A stretch of 64,000 nt of DNA, from contig JAURNL010000041.1 of the NCBI GenBank assembly GCA_030830205.1, positions 6,635-70,634 on the forward strand. Reading direction: 5' to 3'. The position numbers and the translations under genes are program-made. The notes under the pieces are model-generated. The model was not told where the DNA came from. It saw nothing but the letters and a program-made list of their open reading frames with translations, and did no database searches. Shown here one piece after another: positions 1 to 8,333 of the stretch. This DNA comes from Crocinitomicaceae bacterium. GTDB taxonomy: Bacteria; Bacteroidota; Bacteroidia; Flavobacteriales_D; Crocinitomicaceae. The number at the start of each line of letters is the position of its first letter. Position 1 is the stretch's first letter.

Positions 1-43
1 GGCTAGTTGTTAAATTTTTCATAATTTTTTCTAACATCAATTT

Positions 44-71
44 TTTGCCAAAACAAGAATACCTAACTTTA
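44..71 (+). promoter_or_regulatory. putative promoter, TTTG(44-47)-N16-TAACTTTA(64-71), 4 nt before the ATG at 76
   Basis: Imperfect Bacteroidota -7 box (last base A instead of G). It has the same box-to-ATG geometry as several other operon heads in this window. Confidence 0.3.
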
Positions 72-75
72 CTCA

Positions 76-747
76 ATGAACCCGCCACACATCCTCATTG
101 TAGACGACGAAGAAGATATACGCATGTTGTTGCAATACAACCTGCAAAAAGAGGGATTTCGAGTTGATACGGTTGCCGACGGATTGGCTTGTATGGAGTT
201 CATTCAAAAAGAGAAACCCACACTGATCTTGTTGGATGTCATGATGCCAGTACTTGACGGCATAGAAGTATGTGAGCGCATCAAAGCGGATCCTCAATTT
301 CAAGATATCCTCATTTGTTTTTTAACTGCTCGAAACGAAGACTACAGTCAAATAGCTGGTCTTGATGCTGGTGCGGACGATTATATAGCCAAACCCATCA
401 AAACAAAAGTCCTCTTATCGCGTATTCAGGCCATGCTGCGTCGTTTGAAACACCATAGCGCAGAAGCAGAACCAAAACCTGATTTTTATATCAATAGAGA
501 AAAATATATTCTTGAAAAAAATGGAGAAGTCTTACAGCTTCCCCGTAAAGAGTTTGAATTACTCGCTTTGCTTGCATCTCGTCCTAATTTTGTTTTCAAG
601 CGTGAGCAAATATTAGAAAAGGTTTGGGGTACGGAGATTATTGTAGGCGATAGAACCATCGATGTGCACATTAGAAAGATCCGTGAAAAGATTGGAGATC
701 ACTACATTTCGACTATCAAAGGTATAGGTTACAAGTTCAATGCCTAA
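76..747 (+). CDS. OmpR/PhoB-family DNA-binding response regulator
   Basis: 223-aa ORF. Receiver motifs are ILIVDDEEDI, LILLDVMMPVLDG (phospho-Asp) and DDYIAKP (Lys). The C-terminal winged helix shows LPRKEFELLALL, RTIDVHIRKIREK and TIKGIGYKF. No histidine kinase lies downstream. Confidence 0.9.
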   Translation: MNPPHILIVDDEEDIRMLLQYNLQKEGFRVDTVADGLACMEFIQKEKPTLILLDVMMPVLDGIEVCERIKADPQFQDILICFLTARNEDYSQIAGLDAGADDYIAKPIKTKVLLSRIQAMLRRLKHHSAEAEPKPDFYINREKYILEKNGEVLQLPRKEFELLALLASRPNFVFKREQILEKVWGTEIIVGDRTIDVHIRKIREKIGDHYISTIKGIGYKFNA

Positions 748-792
748 GTTTGGCCCGAATCTTGCTTATTGTTTCTAACAAATCATCAACAT

Positions 793-2403
793 ATGAAAAA
801 AACAGTACTTTTTTTTGTGGGCTTTTGCCTTACCGTAAATCAGTTCCAAGCTCAAGTTCCTAGCGCTGCTTTTACTCCCATCAAAGACCGTCTTGAAACT
901 TGGGACGAAATTCGTGGTGCATGGCTTGCAATGGCTATACAAGCTATAGCAGCTAAGCAAGCAGTTCCTGACCGTACATTCCCTGAAGATTTCACACCTT
1001 TTGAGATGATAAGCATGATTCCTTTTAAAGAACGGAACGAGCTGCGTCAAATGATGCTTAATATGCAAGACCCAGGATCATCAACGCCAGCACAACAAAC
1101 AGATTTTGATATTTTCTCTGCATTACTTCAACATACTTTTTGTAGCCTGAAATACGGCCGATCCTTTGGAGATCCACATCTTAAATCATACGACAGGGCG
1201 AGTTATTCATTTCAGACGGTTGGTGAATTTATTTTATCTAAAAATGAAAATGGTCTTTTTGAGGTGCAAACGCGCCAACGCGCCCAAGATGAAAACTTCT
1301 CTTTAAACTCCGCTGTAGCTATGAACGTAGCAGGGGACCGTCTTTGTTTTTATGCCGCTGAAAAGCCGGATGGTATCCAGCAAACACCATTGCGATTAAA
1401 CGGACAACCTATTCAATTGCAGGGCAGAAGTTATTACTTGCCACATGGTGGTGTAATACGATTAGATGGGCGCAATTATACCATTGCTTGGCCTACGGGT
1501 GAGACCACCGTAATCGATGTGCGCTCTTCAGGTTCGCGGGGTTTTGTCAATATAACTGTAGGTATTTTTGATTGTGATCGCAATGCATTTGAAGGTTTGT
1601 TAGGAAATAATAATGGGTTTGCTGATGACGACTTCAATAGCCGAAGCAATATGCCACGACCAAATAATATTGCAGCAATCTCTATCGCATCAGCTTATGC
1701 TTTTAATTCAAGAGAAGCTGAGCAATTAAATAACATGGCTCAGCAAGAGTATCAAGCTTATTTAGCACAGAATTTTGCAGAAGATTGGCGAGTGACCGAC
1801 AACAACACCCTTTTTGATTACAGTCCAGGCTTTACCACTGCTTCTTATACTGACCGAAGTTTCCCAAGAATTCATATGAATGTCGCCCAAATGAATGCAC
1901 AAAGCAGGGATCGAGCTCGTCAGCGTTGCTTACAAATGGGGGTTCCTTCAGATGAAATGGGAGGTTGTATTTTTGATCAAGGATACCTGAATATTGCACC
2001 AAATTTGCCTCCTGTTCCGAATATTCCAAACCCAACCGTTACTGTTTTGAACAAGGTTGAACGTCCAGCTCTCAATAATAATGCGCATAGTTTTGCGGAG
2101 GGCAAATATCCGAGTAACAGACCAGAGACCCTAGATAAACCGGGTTCAAATAGTGAAAAGCCTAATTCAACAGACAAAACTAATTCAGTTGCTAAACCAG
2201 TCCAATCAAGGGAGTCTTCTTCTCCAAAGCCTGGCTCAACAATCAATTCTAGGCCTTCTACTCCGAGTAATTCAAAACCATACACGCCGGCTACTCCAAA
2301 ACCAGCTGCTCCAAAACCAGCTGCTCCAAGAATCAGTACGCCTACACCCAAACCAAGCATGCCCTCAAGTCCGAAACCAAGCGTTAAAATTGGCAAAGGA
2401 TAA
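793..2403 (+). CDS. secreted protein with a von Willebrand factor type D (VWD)-like domain and a Pro/Ser/Thr/Lys-rich tail
   Basis: The ORF track gives 769-2403. I moved the start to the Met of the signal peptide MKKTVLFFVGFCLTVNQFQAQ. GDPHLKSYDRASYSFQTVGEF and GLLGNNNGFADDDF resemble the opening and closing VWD motifs. The last ~130 aa are low complexity (PKPAAPKPAAP etc.). Confidence 0.65.
   Translation: MKKTVLFFVGFCLTVNQFQAQVPSAAFTPIKDRLETWDEIRGAWLAMAIQAIAAKQAVPDRTFPEDFTPFEMISMIPFKERNELRQMMLNMQDPGSSTPAQQTDFDIFSALLQHTFCSLKYGRSFGDPHLKSYDRASYSFQTVGEFILSKNENGLFEVQTRQRAQDENFSLNSAVAMNVAGDRLCFYAAEKPDGIQQTPLRLNGQPIQLQGRSYYLPHGGVIRLDGRNYTIAWPTGETTVIDVRSSGSRGFVNITVGIFDCDRNAFEGLLGNNNGFADDDFNSRSNMPRPNNIAAISIASAYAFNSREAEQLNNMAQQEYQAYLAQNFAEDWRVTDNNTLFDYSPGFTTASYTDRSFPRIHMNVAQMNAQSRDRARQRCLQMGVPSDEMGGCIFDQGYLNIAPNLPPVPNIPNPTVTVLNKVERPALNNNAHSFAEGKYPSNRPETLDKPGSNSEKPNSTDKTNSVAKPVQSRESSSPKPGSTINSRPSTPSNSKPYTPATPKPAAPKPAAPRISTPTPKPSMPSSPKPSVKIGKG
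2296..2325 (+). repeat. perfect 2x 15-bp tandem repeat (ccaaaaccagctgct) encoding PKPAA PKPAA
   Basis: Read directly from the sequence at 2296-2310 and 2311-2325, inside the Pro-rich tail of the VWD-like CDS. Confidence 0.85.
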
Positions 2404-2434
2404 ATTTAGTTTAACCTATTTATATCAAAAAAAA

Positions 2435-2452
2435 GGGCCCGCATGCGGGCCC
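2435..2452. terminator. bidirectional rho-independent terminator hairpin
   Basis: The palindrome gggcccgcatgcgggccc has an A-run upstream (2427-2434) and TTTT downstream. It sits between convergent CDSs ending at 2403 and 2493. Confidence 0.65.
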
Positions 2453-2492
2453 TTTTCATTGGAGAGCGTTTCTAGTTATTAAACGCTTGTTA

Positions 2493-3854
2493 TTACATTT
2501 TAATAAAGGGTAACATTTGATTATTGATTTGAATCAAATAACTACCATTGACAAGGTTACTGACGTCAATTTGCTTGTTGAATGGACCGCTTTGAAGGCA
2601 CTGTCCGGCAAAATTGAAAATGGCATATGTCTTGGCATTCCCACCATTCACTTGAAGCGTATTTTGAACAGGATTAGGAGAAAGTGAGAGCGATGTTGCT
2701 AAGTTTGCGTCAATTCCCGCACTTTGAACATCAAATTGAGAAATGATATTGAAATAAAGCGGTGTAGATTTGATAGGGCAATATACTTGCAAAATCAGGT
2801 TATAGATTCCGGTTGCTAATGGGGCATAGAAAGTATAATCGATGTAAGTAAATAAACCTGTAGTATCTGCTAAATACCATACCGTATATAAGCTGTCTTG
2901 ATTCAAAGGATTGTTTCCAAAACTCGCTGAAACCATATAAGCGGTATCCAGCATCGATAATTCGATGTCACAATTGTAGATCCAGTCGGATATGAGTGAG
3001 CCAGTAATGTTACTTCCGGTTGCTAAATTTCCCACTACATTGATACTATCTATATTACCACCACCGTTAATTCCAACATATTGGGTGGTGTTGAAGGTAC
3101 AACCATTGCTATCTGTCACAACAGCAGCATAAGTCCCTTCACACAGATTGCTAATACTGTACGAGGTGGCACCTTGACTCCACATAACTGTATAAGGACC
3201 GCAATTTGTACAAGAAATGGCTATAGCTCCATCGCAAGCGCCAGGCGCACTGCAATCAGTTACAGTAACTGATGGAGAAAACCCCGCACAAGGTGAAGTT
3301 GTTGTAGTATCAAAAATAATCGTTTCAGATTGGGTCAATGTACACCCATTTGCATCTGAAACAGTGACATTATAGGTTCCAATACAAAGATTATCAAAGA
3401 TGTTTGTTCCTGTAAAAGGCGTATTTGATATTTGGAAGGCATAAGGAGTAGTTCCTCCGTAAGCCGTGGCAGTAATACTTGCATCACAACTATTTTGCGT
3501 AGAGGCAAGTGTACTTGTAAGATACATTCCTAAAGATGCACAGGGATTTGGCGAACTGCTTCCAATAGTAAACGGAGAAGTGAGCGTAACTCCGCCGCCG
3601 GTGGCATTGACTACATAGTTACCTGGGCATAAGTTAAAGATCGAAGTGCCTCCATTTTGAATAACGTTGCCATTCATATACCAAATAACGTTGCTAAAGC
3701 TAAGTGTATTAGTAGAGTCGATAGATGCATAACCATCACATATGTTGGGGCTGCTGCAGTCTACTGTTAAGACATTCATCACAAATTGAGCTTTTAAATG
3801 ATTAAAACTCAAAAGGCTAATGCTAAGGAAAAGGAGAGGTAAGAGTTGTTTCAT
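2493..3854 (-). CDS. T9SS cargo protein with SprB-type Cys-containing repeats and a type A C-terminal sorting domain
   Basis: Signal peptide MKQLLPLLFLSISLLSFNHLKAQ. Repeats include CDGYASID, CDASITATAYGGTTPYAF, VSDANGCT, CDGAIAISCTNCGPYTVMW and VTDSNGCT. The C-terminus LSPNPVQNTLQVNG...VSNLVNGSYLIQI is typical of the Por secretion tail. Confidence 0.75.
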   Translation of the reverse strand: MKQLLPLLFLSISLLSFNHLKAQFVMNVLTVDCSSPNICDGYASIDSTNTLSFSNVIWYMNGNVIQNGGTSIFNLCPGNYVVNATGGGVTLTSPFTIGSSSPNPCASLGMYLTSTLASTQNSCDASITATAYGGTTPYAFQISNTPFTGTNIFDNLCIGTYNVTVSDANGCTLTQSETIIFDTTTTSPCAGFSPSVTVTDCSAPGACDGAIAISCTNCGPYTVMWSQGATSYSISNLCEGTYAAVVTDSNGCTFNTTQYVGINGGGNIDSINVVGNLATGSNITGSLISDWIYNCDIELSMLDTAYMVSASFGNNPLNQDSLYTVWYLADTTGLFTYIDYTFYAPLATGIYNLILQVYCPIKSTPLYFNIISQFDVQSAGIDANLATSLSLSPNPVQNTLQVNGGNAKTYAIFNFAGQCLQSGPFNKQIDVSNLVNGSYLIQINNQMLPFIKM

Positions 3855-3901
3855 AAATAAATGTGTTTTTTGTTAAGACGTAAAATTCATTAAAAAGTTG
3901 C

Positions 3902-3933
3902 TTTGCTGTCCACGGTGGGATTGTGTATTTTTG
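3902..3933 (+). promoter_or_regulatory. putative sigma-A promoter TTTG(3902-3905)-N20-TATTTTTG(3926-3933), 4 nt before the ATG at 3938
   Basis: Full match to the Bacteroidota -33 TTTG / -7 TAnnTTTG consensus. The geometry predicts a leaderless or 1-2 nt leader transcript. Confidence 0.6.
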
Positions 3934-3937
3934 ACTC

Positions 3938-5584
3938 ATGAAAAAAATCAACATTATAAAGCTGCTCTTATTAGCAACTCCGTTATCCTTTTTTGCGCAA
4001 ATTCCTGCGCCGAAGGTTGTAGTTGGAATCGTTATTGATCAAATGTGTTATGACTATTTATATCGCTTTGAACACGTGTATGCTACAGGTGGTTTTAAGC
4101 GTCTGCTAACGAAAGGTACTAATTGCCGCAATACGCAATATAATTATGTCCCAACTTATACGGCACCCGGACATGCATCTATCTACTCTGGAACAACTCC
4201 TTCTAATCATGGTATCGTTGGTAACGATTGGTATGTGCGCGATTTGAGGAAAACCGTTACGAGTGTCTCTGACATACGCTATACTACAGTTGGAAGTTTG
4301 GCAGGCGGAGTTGCCGCACCTATGAATCTACTCACCTACACGATTACAGATCAATTAAAAATGGCTTCCCCGAAGTCAAAAGTTATCTCAATCTCCATTA
4401 AAGATCGGGGAGCTATTTTACCCGGAGGACACCTCTCGGATGGTAGTTATTGGTACGATTATAATTCTGGAGACTTTGTGACAAGTAGCTTTTACAAGCA
4501 AACATTACCTGCTTGGGTAGATCGTTTCAATTCGAAATTTGACCCTAAAAAAGACCTGCGCGCATGGCGGTTATTATTGCCGGAAAGTACTTACCTTATG
4601 GAAGATGAAAGCCAGTACGAGGTTGTGCTGGCGGGCAAAACAAGCGCCACCTTTCCTTATGATTTTCCGGCTATGATTGCGGCTGGCGCATCGGCAAACT
4701 CACTTTTCACCATTTCACCCCAAGCCAATGAATTACTTACAGATTTTGCAATCGCTGCACTTGAGCAGGAAAATATTGGGCAAGATCAATTCACAGATTT
4801 TCTATGTATTTCCTACTCAACTCCAGATATTGCTGGTCATGCATTTGGCCCGTATTCTAGAGAGTTAGAAGACATGTATGCACGACTTGATCGTGAGTTG
4901 CAACGCTTATTTGCAAGTCTTGAAACACGATTTGGAAAAGATGGTTTTGTACTTTTCTTGACAGCTGATCATGCGGTGGTGCCTGTTCCAGAAATGTTGG
5001 TCAAAATGAATCTTCCAGGTGGTTATTTCTTTATGCAAGATCATTTACAAGTACTACGCGATGACTTTATTATGAAGTATAATGCTGATTTACTCGAATA
5101 TGAAATCAATCAAAATATATATCTTGATTTAGATAAAATTGATTCACTTCGTTTGGATATTGATGAGGTTGCTGAATACACAGCATCAGAATTGCGCAAA
5201 TGGCCAGAAGTAAAAACTGTGTTGACTCGTGAACAATTGCGATCTGGCTCAGCATGTACAGATTATTGGGGTATGTTGATGCGAAATGGTTACAATCCTC
5301 AGCGAAGTGGAGAGGTCATGTTTTTGTTGCAGCCAGGTTATTTGGCAAAGGAAATTGATGTGCCTACCGCACACCAAGGAACTTCACATGGATCCGCTTT
5401 TAATTATGACACTCACGTACCACTTTTATGGTACGGTAAAGGGATTCCTCAAGGACTTTCTATTTATGAGCCTATTCAGATTACAGATATTTCTGCGACC
5501 CTAGTCCATATCTTAAATCTTCAACGACCAGGATCGATGACCGGAGTCCCAATTATACCGCTCCTTCAACAACCTAAAAAATGA
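3938..5584 (+). CDS. alkaline phosphatase / nucleotide pyrophosphatase-phosphodiesterase family protein (PafA-like)
   Basis: Signal peptide MKKINIIKLLLLATPLSFFAQ. VPTYTAPGHASIYSGTTPSNHGIVGNDWY is the nucleophile-region motif I recognise from the PafA/NPP family. Length is 548 aa. Confidence 0.8.
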   Translation: MKKINIIKLLLLATPLSFFAQIPAPKVVVGIVIDQMCYDYLYRFEHVYATGGFKRLLTKGTNCRNTQYNYVPTYTAPGHASIYSGTTPSNHGIVGNDWYVRDLRKTVTSVSDIRYTTVGSLAGGVAAPMNLLTYTITDQLKMASPKSKVISISIKDRGAILPGGHLSDGSYWYDYNSGDFVTSSFYKQTLPAWVDRFNSKFDPKKDLRAWRLLLPESTYLMEDESQYEVVLAGKTSATFPYDFPAMIAAGASANSLFTISPQANELLTDFAIAALEQENIGQDQFTDFLCISYSTPDIAGHAFGPYSRELEDMYARLDRELQRLFASLETRFGKDGFVLFLTADHAVVPVPEMLVKMNLPGGYFFMQDHLQVLRDDFIMKYNADLLEYEINQNIYLDLDKIDSLRLDIDEVAEYTASELRKWPEVKTVLTREQLRSGSACTDYWGMLMRNGYNPQRSGEVMFLLQPGYLAKEIDVPTAHQGTSHGSAFNYDTHVPLLWYGKGIPQGLSIYEPIQITDISATLVHILNLQRPGSMTGVPIIPLLQQPKK

Positions 5585-6768
5585 CCAACGAAAGCCAATT
5601 TTTTCTTTCCCATCTTGGACAAACAAGTCCATTCCCATTTTTGATAGAAGTAGATAGGGCTGAAGGTGCCTATATATTTGACAAACAAGGTAAAGCCTAC
5701 CTCGATATGATTGCTGGGGTTGCAGTCAATAATATTGGTCATCGACATCCAAAGGTAGTGCAAGCACTAAGGGAACAATTAGAGAAGCATTTGCATGTCA
5801 TGGTTTATGGTGAATTCATTCAAGATGCACAACAAAAAATGGTTCGTCAACTTCTAGAAGTACTACCTGAACCGTTGAATGGTGTTTATGTTGTGAATTC
5901 TGGTACAGAAGCGATTGAGGCAGCATTGAAACTAGCTAAACGTTCTACAGGTAGAACAGAACTTGTTGCTTTCAAAGGAAGTTACCACGGTAGTACCCAT
6001 GGTGCGATGAGTGTTTCAGCAAATGAAGTTAAGAAAATTGCCTTTCGTCCATTGTTACCTGATGTACGTTTTTTGCCACATGATGACTGTTCTGCATTAC
6101 AACAAATAACAACTCGAACTGCTGGTGTACTTATTGAAACTATACAGGGAGATGCTGGGGTAAGAAGGCCATCTGTGGACTTTATGCAAGCACTTAGAGC
6201 AAGGTGCTCTGAAGTTGGAGCCTTGCTTATTTTGGATGAAATACAATGTGGTATGGGTAGGGCAGGTAGTATTTTTGCATTTGAACAATTCCAAATCATT
6301 CCTGATATACTTGCGCTTGGAAAAGCCCTGGGTGGGGGTATGCCTATTGGCGCACTGGTGGCACCACAGGAGCATTTAAAATTATTTACCCATGCGCCGA
6401 TGCTTGGGCATATTACCACCTTTGGTGGTCACCCAATGGTGTGTGCAGCTGCAGCTGCAACAATAGAAGTCTTGCGCAGTGAAATTGACTGGCTAGCCCT
6501 AGAGCAGCGTGCTGCAGCTTTTGAAGCAATAATTGCTCAGCATCCAGCGGTAAAAGCCCACAGACGATCCGGGGCCATGTTTGCATTCGATTTGGCTTCA
6601 TCTGAAGAAGTTGAAAAGGTGGTAAAATTTTGTCTGGAGCATGGCTTGCTTACCTTTTGGTTTCTATCTCATCCTTATAGCTTTAGATTGTCACCTCCTC
6701 TTAATTTATCGCAAGCAGATTGGGATTTGGCTTCAAGGGTTATAATTTCAGCATTAAATCACTTATAG
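5581..6768 (+). CDS. class III (acetylornithine/GABA-type) PLP-dependent aminotransferase
   Basis: Motifs are LILDEIQCGMGRAGSIFAFE and ILALGKALGGGMPIGA (PLP Lys), with a GSYHGST region. ATGA start/stop overlap with the upstream gene. Confidence 0.85.
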   Translation: MTNESQFFLSHLGQTSPFPFLIEVDRAEGAYIFDKQGKAYLDMIAGVAVNNIGHRHPKVVQALREQLEKHLHVMVYGEFIQDAQQKMVRQLLEVLPEPLNGVYVVNSGTEAIEAALKLAKRSTGRTELVAFKGSYHGSTHGAMSVSANEVKKIAFRPLLPDVRFLPHDDCSALQQITTRTAGVLIETIQGDAGVRRPSVDFMQALRARCSEVGALLILDEIQCGMGRAGSIFAFEQFQIIPDILALGKALGGGMPIGALVAPQEHLKLFTHAPMLGHITTFGGHPMVCAAAAATIEVLRSEIDWLALEQRAAAFEAIIAQHPAVKAHRRSGAMFAFDLASSEEVEKVVKFCLEHGLLTFWFLSHPYSFRLSPPLNLSQADWDLASRVIISALNHL

Positions 6769-6791
6769 AGCGCATATTCTTTGCCATTCCT

Positions 6792-6799
6792 TATCTTTG
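6792..6799 (+). promoter_or_regulatory. putative -7 box TATCTTTG, 16 nt upstream of the metF ATG
   Basis: Exact TAnnTTTG match in the 47-bp gap before metF. No good -33 element was seen. Confidence 0.35.
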
Positions 6800-6815
6800 T
6801 GAGCTAATTCAAGTT

Positions 6816-7766
6816 ATGAAGGTTACGGATCACTTGGCTGCTGCCCAAGACACTTTATTTTCCTTTGAAATTCTGCCACCCCTGAAAGGGAGAAGCATTG
6901 CTTCTATTTACGCTGGTATTGATCCCCTCATGGAATTTAAACCAAAATTCATTAATGTAACCTACCACCGAGAAGAATTCGTTTATATTGAACGTGAACA
7001 CGGTTTATTAGAAAAAAAAGCCGTGCGCAAACGTCCGGGAACGGTAGGTATTTGTGCAGCTATTATGCATAAATACGATGTAGATGCGGTCCCTCACTTA
7101 ATTTGTGGAGGTTTTAGTAAAGAAGAAACTGAGAACGCACTCATCGATCTTCATTTTTTAGGTATAGATAACGTGTTGGCTTTGCGTGGTGATGCAGTCA
7201 AGTCGGAAGCCAATTTTAGAGCTCATCCCGAGGGTCATGCTTATGCTGTAGAGCTTATTGGTCAAGTACAAGGCATGAATAAAGGCCACTATTTTACTGA
7301 AGGTCAAGGACAAGACCCTACTCATTTTTGTATTGGAGCTGCAGCTTATCCAGAAAAGCATTTTGAGGCCATGAACCTCGAGACTGATTTACAATACTTA
7401 AAGGCAAAAGTAGATGCGGGAGCAAGTTATTTGGTTACGCAAATGTTTTTTGATAATCAAAAGTATTTTGATTTTGTAGCCGCTTGTCGAGGTGCGGGTA
7501 TTCATGTTCCTATCATTCCTGGTCTTAAACCCATTAAAAGCCTTGCACATATCAGTTTTCTGCCCAAGTTTTTTCATATTGATTACCCTTTGGAACTTTC
7601 TAAAGAACTGCTCAAATGCAAATCCAATACTGATGTGGAGCAACTAGGAATAGAATGGGGAATCGCGCAGTCAAAAGAGTTAAAGGCTGCAGGTGTTCCA
7701 TGCATACATTATTACACAATGTCAAATTCTACTTCTGTACGTCAAATTGCATCAGAAGTTTTTTAA
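6816..7766 (+). CDS. metF: 5,10-methylenetetrahydrofolate reductase
   Basis: The ORF track starts at 6720, overlapping the upstream gene. The first ATG, MKVTDHLAAAQDTLFSFEILPPLKG, matches the MetF N-terminus. GASYLVTQMFFDN is also present. Confidence 0.9.
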   Translation: MKVTDHLAAAQDTLFSFEILPPLKGRSIASIYAGIDPLMEFKPKFINVTYHREEFVYIEREHGLLEKKAVRKRPGTVGICAAIMHKYDVDAVPHLICGGFSKEETENALIDLHFLGIDNVLALRGDAVKSEANFRAHPEGHAYAVELIGQVQGMNKGHYFTEGQGQDPTHFCIGAAAYPEKHFEAMNLETDLQYLKAKVDAGASYLVTQMFFDNQKYFDFVAACRGAGIHVPIIPGLKPIKSLAHISFLPKFFHIDYPLELSKELLKCKSNTDVEQLGIEWGIAQSKELKAAGVPCIHYYTMSNSTSVRQIASEVF

Positions 7767-7774
7767 CTTAGCTT

Positions 7775-8308
7775 ATGAAGTTTTTATTATTGATTGTTCT
7801 TTTATTTAGTTCGCAGTATTTTTTTACTCAAAATATTAAGCTTAGTAATGCCGTAGTGATCAGTCAATTCGACAAAGAAGAAGACCGATATGCCATGCAA
7901 GCACTTATGGTGGATATATTAAAGGGTTATCAAGTGAAATCTTTGCCACTAATGAATATACTCAAGCAAGGCGAAGATCCACAGCACTTACTCAACGACT
8001 CCATTCAAAAAATCTTGTTACAAAAAGGATTTGATACTTACTTGGTAGTTAATGTAAGAGGATATGACCGCACTTTCAAACCAAGTGAGGATACACAGAC
8101 TTTAGCAGAATTACTTGAAACGACAAGTATCTATCAAATTTATCGTGAAGAGGCAACATCTGTTTCTTTTGAGTTTTCAATATACAGACAAGGCCAGTTA
8201 ATTTCACGTCAAGTTTTGCGCTGTGGTAATGTATCTGATCGAGATTCTGTCCTCAAAAGATTACGTAAGCGTCTACCAAAAAAGGTGCTTCCGTTGTGGA
8301 TGGCATAA
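7775..8308 (+). CDS. hypothetical secreted protein
   Basis: 177-aa ORF with signal peptide MKFLLLIVLLFSSQYFFTQ. I recognise no motif. Confidence 0.55.
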   Translation: MKFLLLIVLLFSSQYFFTQNIKLSNAVVISQFDKEEDRYAMQALMVDILKGYQVKSLPLMNILKQGEDPQHLLNDSIQKILLQKGFDTYLVVNVRGYDRTFKPSEDTQTLAELLETTSIYQIYREEATSVSFEFSIYRQGQLISRQVLRCGNVSDRDSVLKRLRKRLPKKVLPLWMA

Positions 8309-8333
8309 TGAGCACGTTAACAACCGTTTTAGA

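Noticed and set aside
1977-2482. ORFs 1977-2396 (minus strand, 139 aa) and 2153-2482 (plus strand, 109 aa) overlapping the 3' part of the VWD-like gene
   Set aside because: Both are frame or antisense shadows of the Pro/Ala/Lys-rich low-complexity region (G/L/V-rich or Q/L-rich translations). They have no start context, and the main frame is continuous with a signal peptide and domain motifs.
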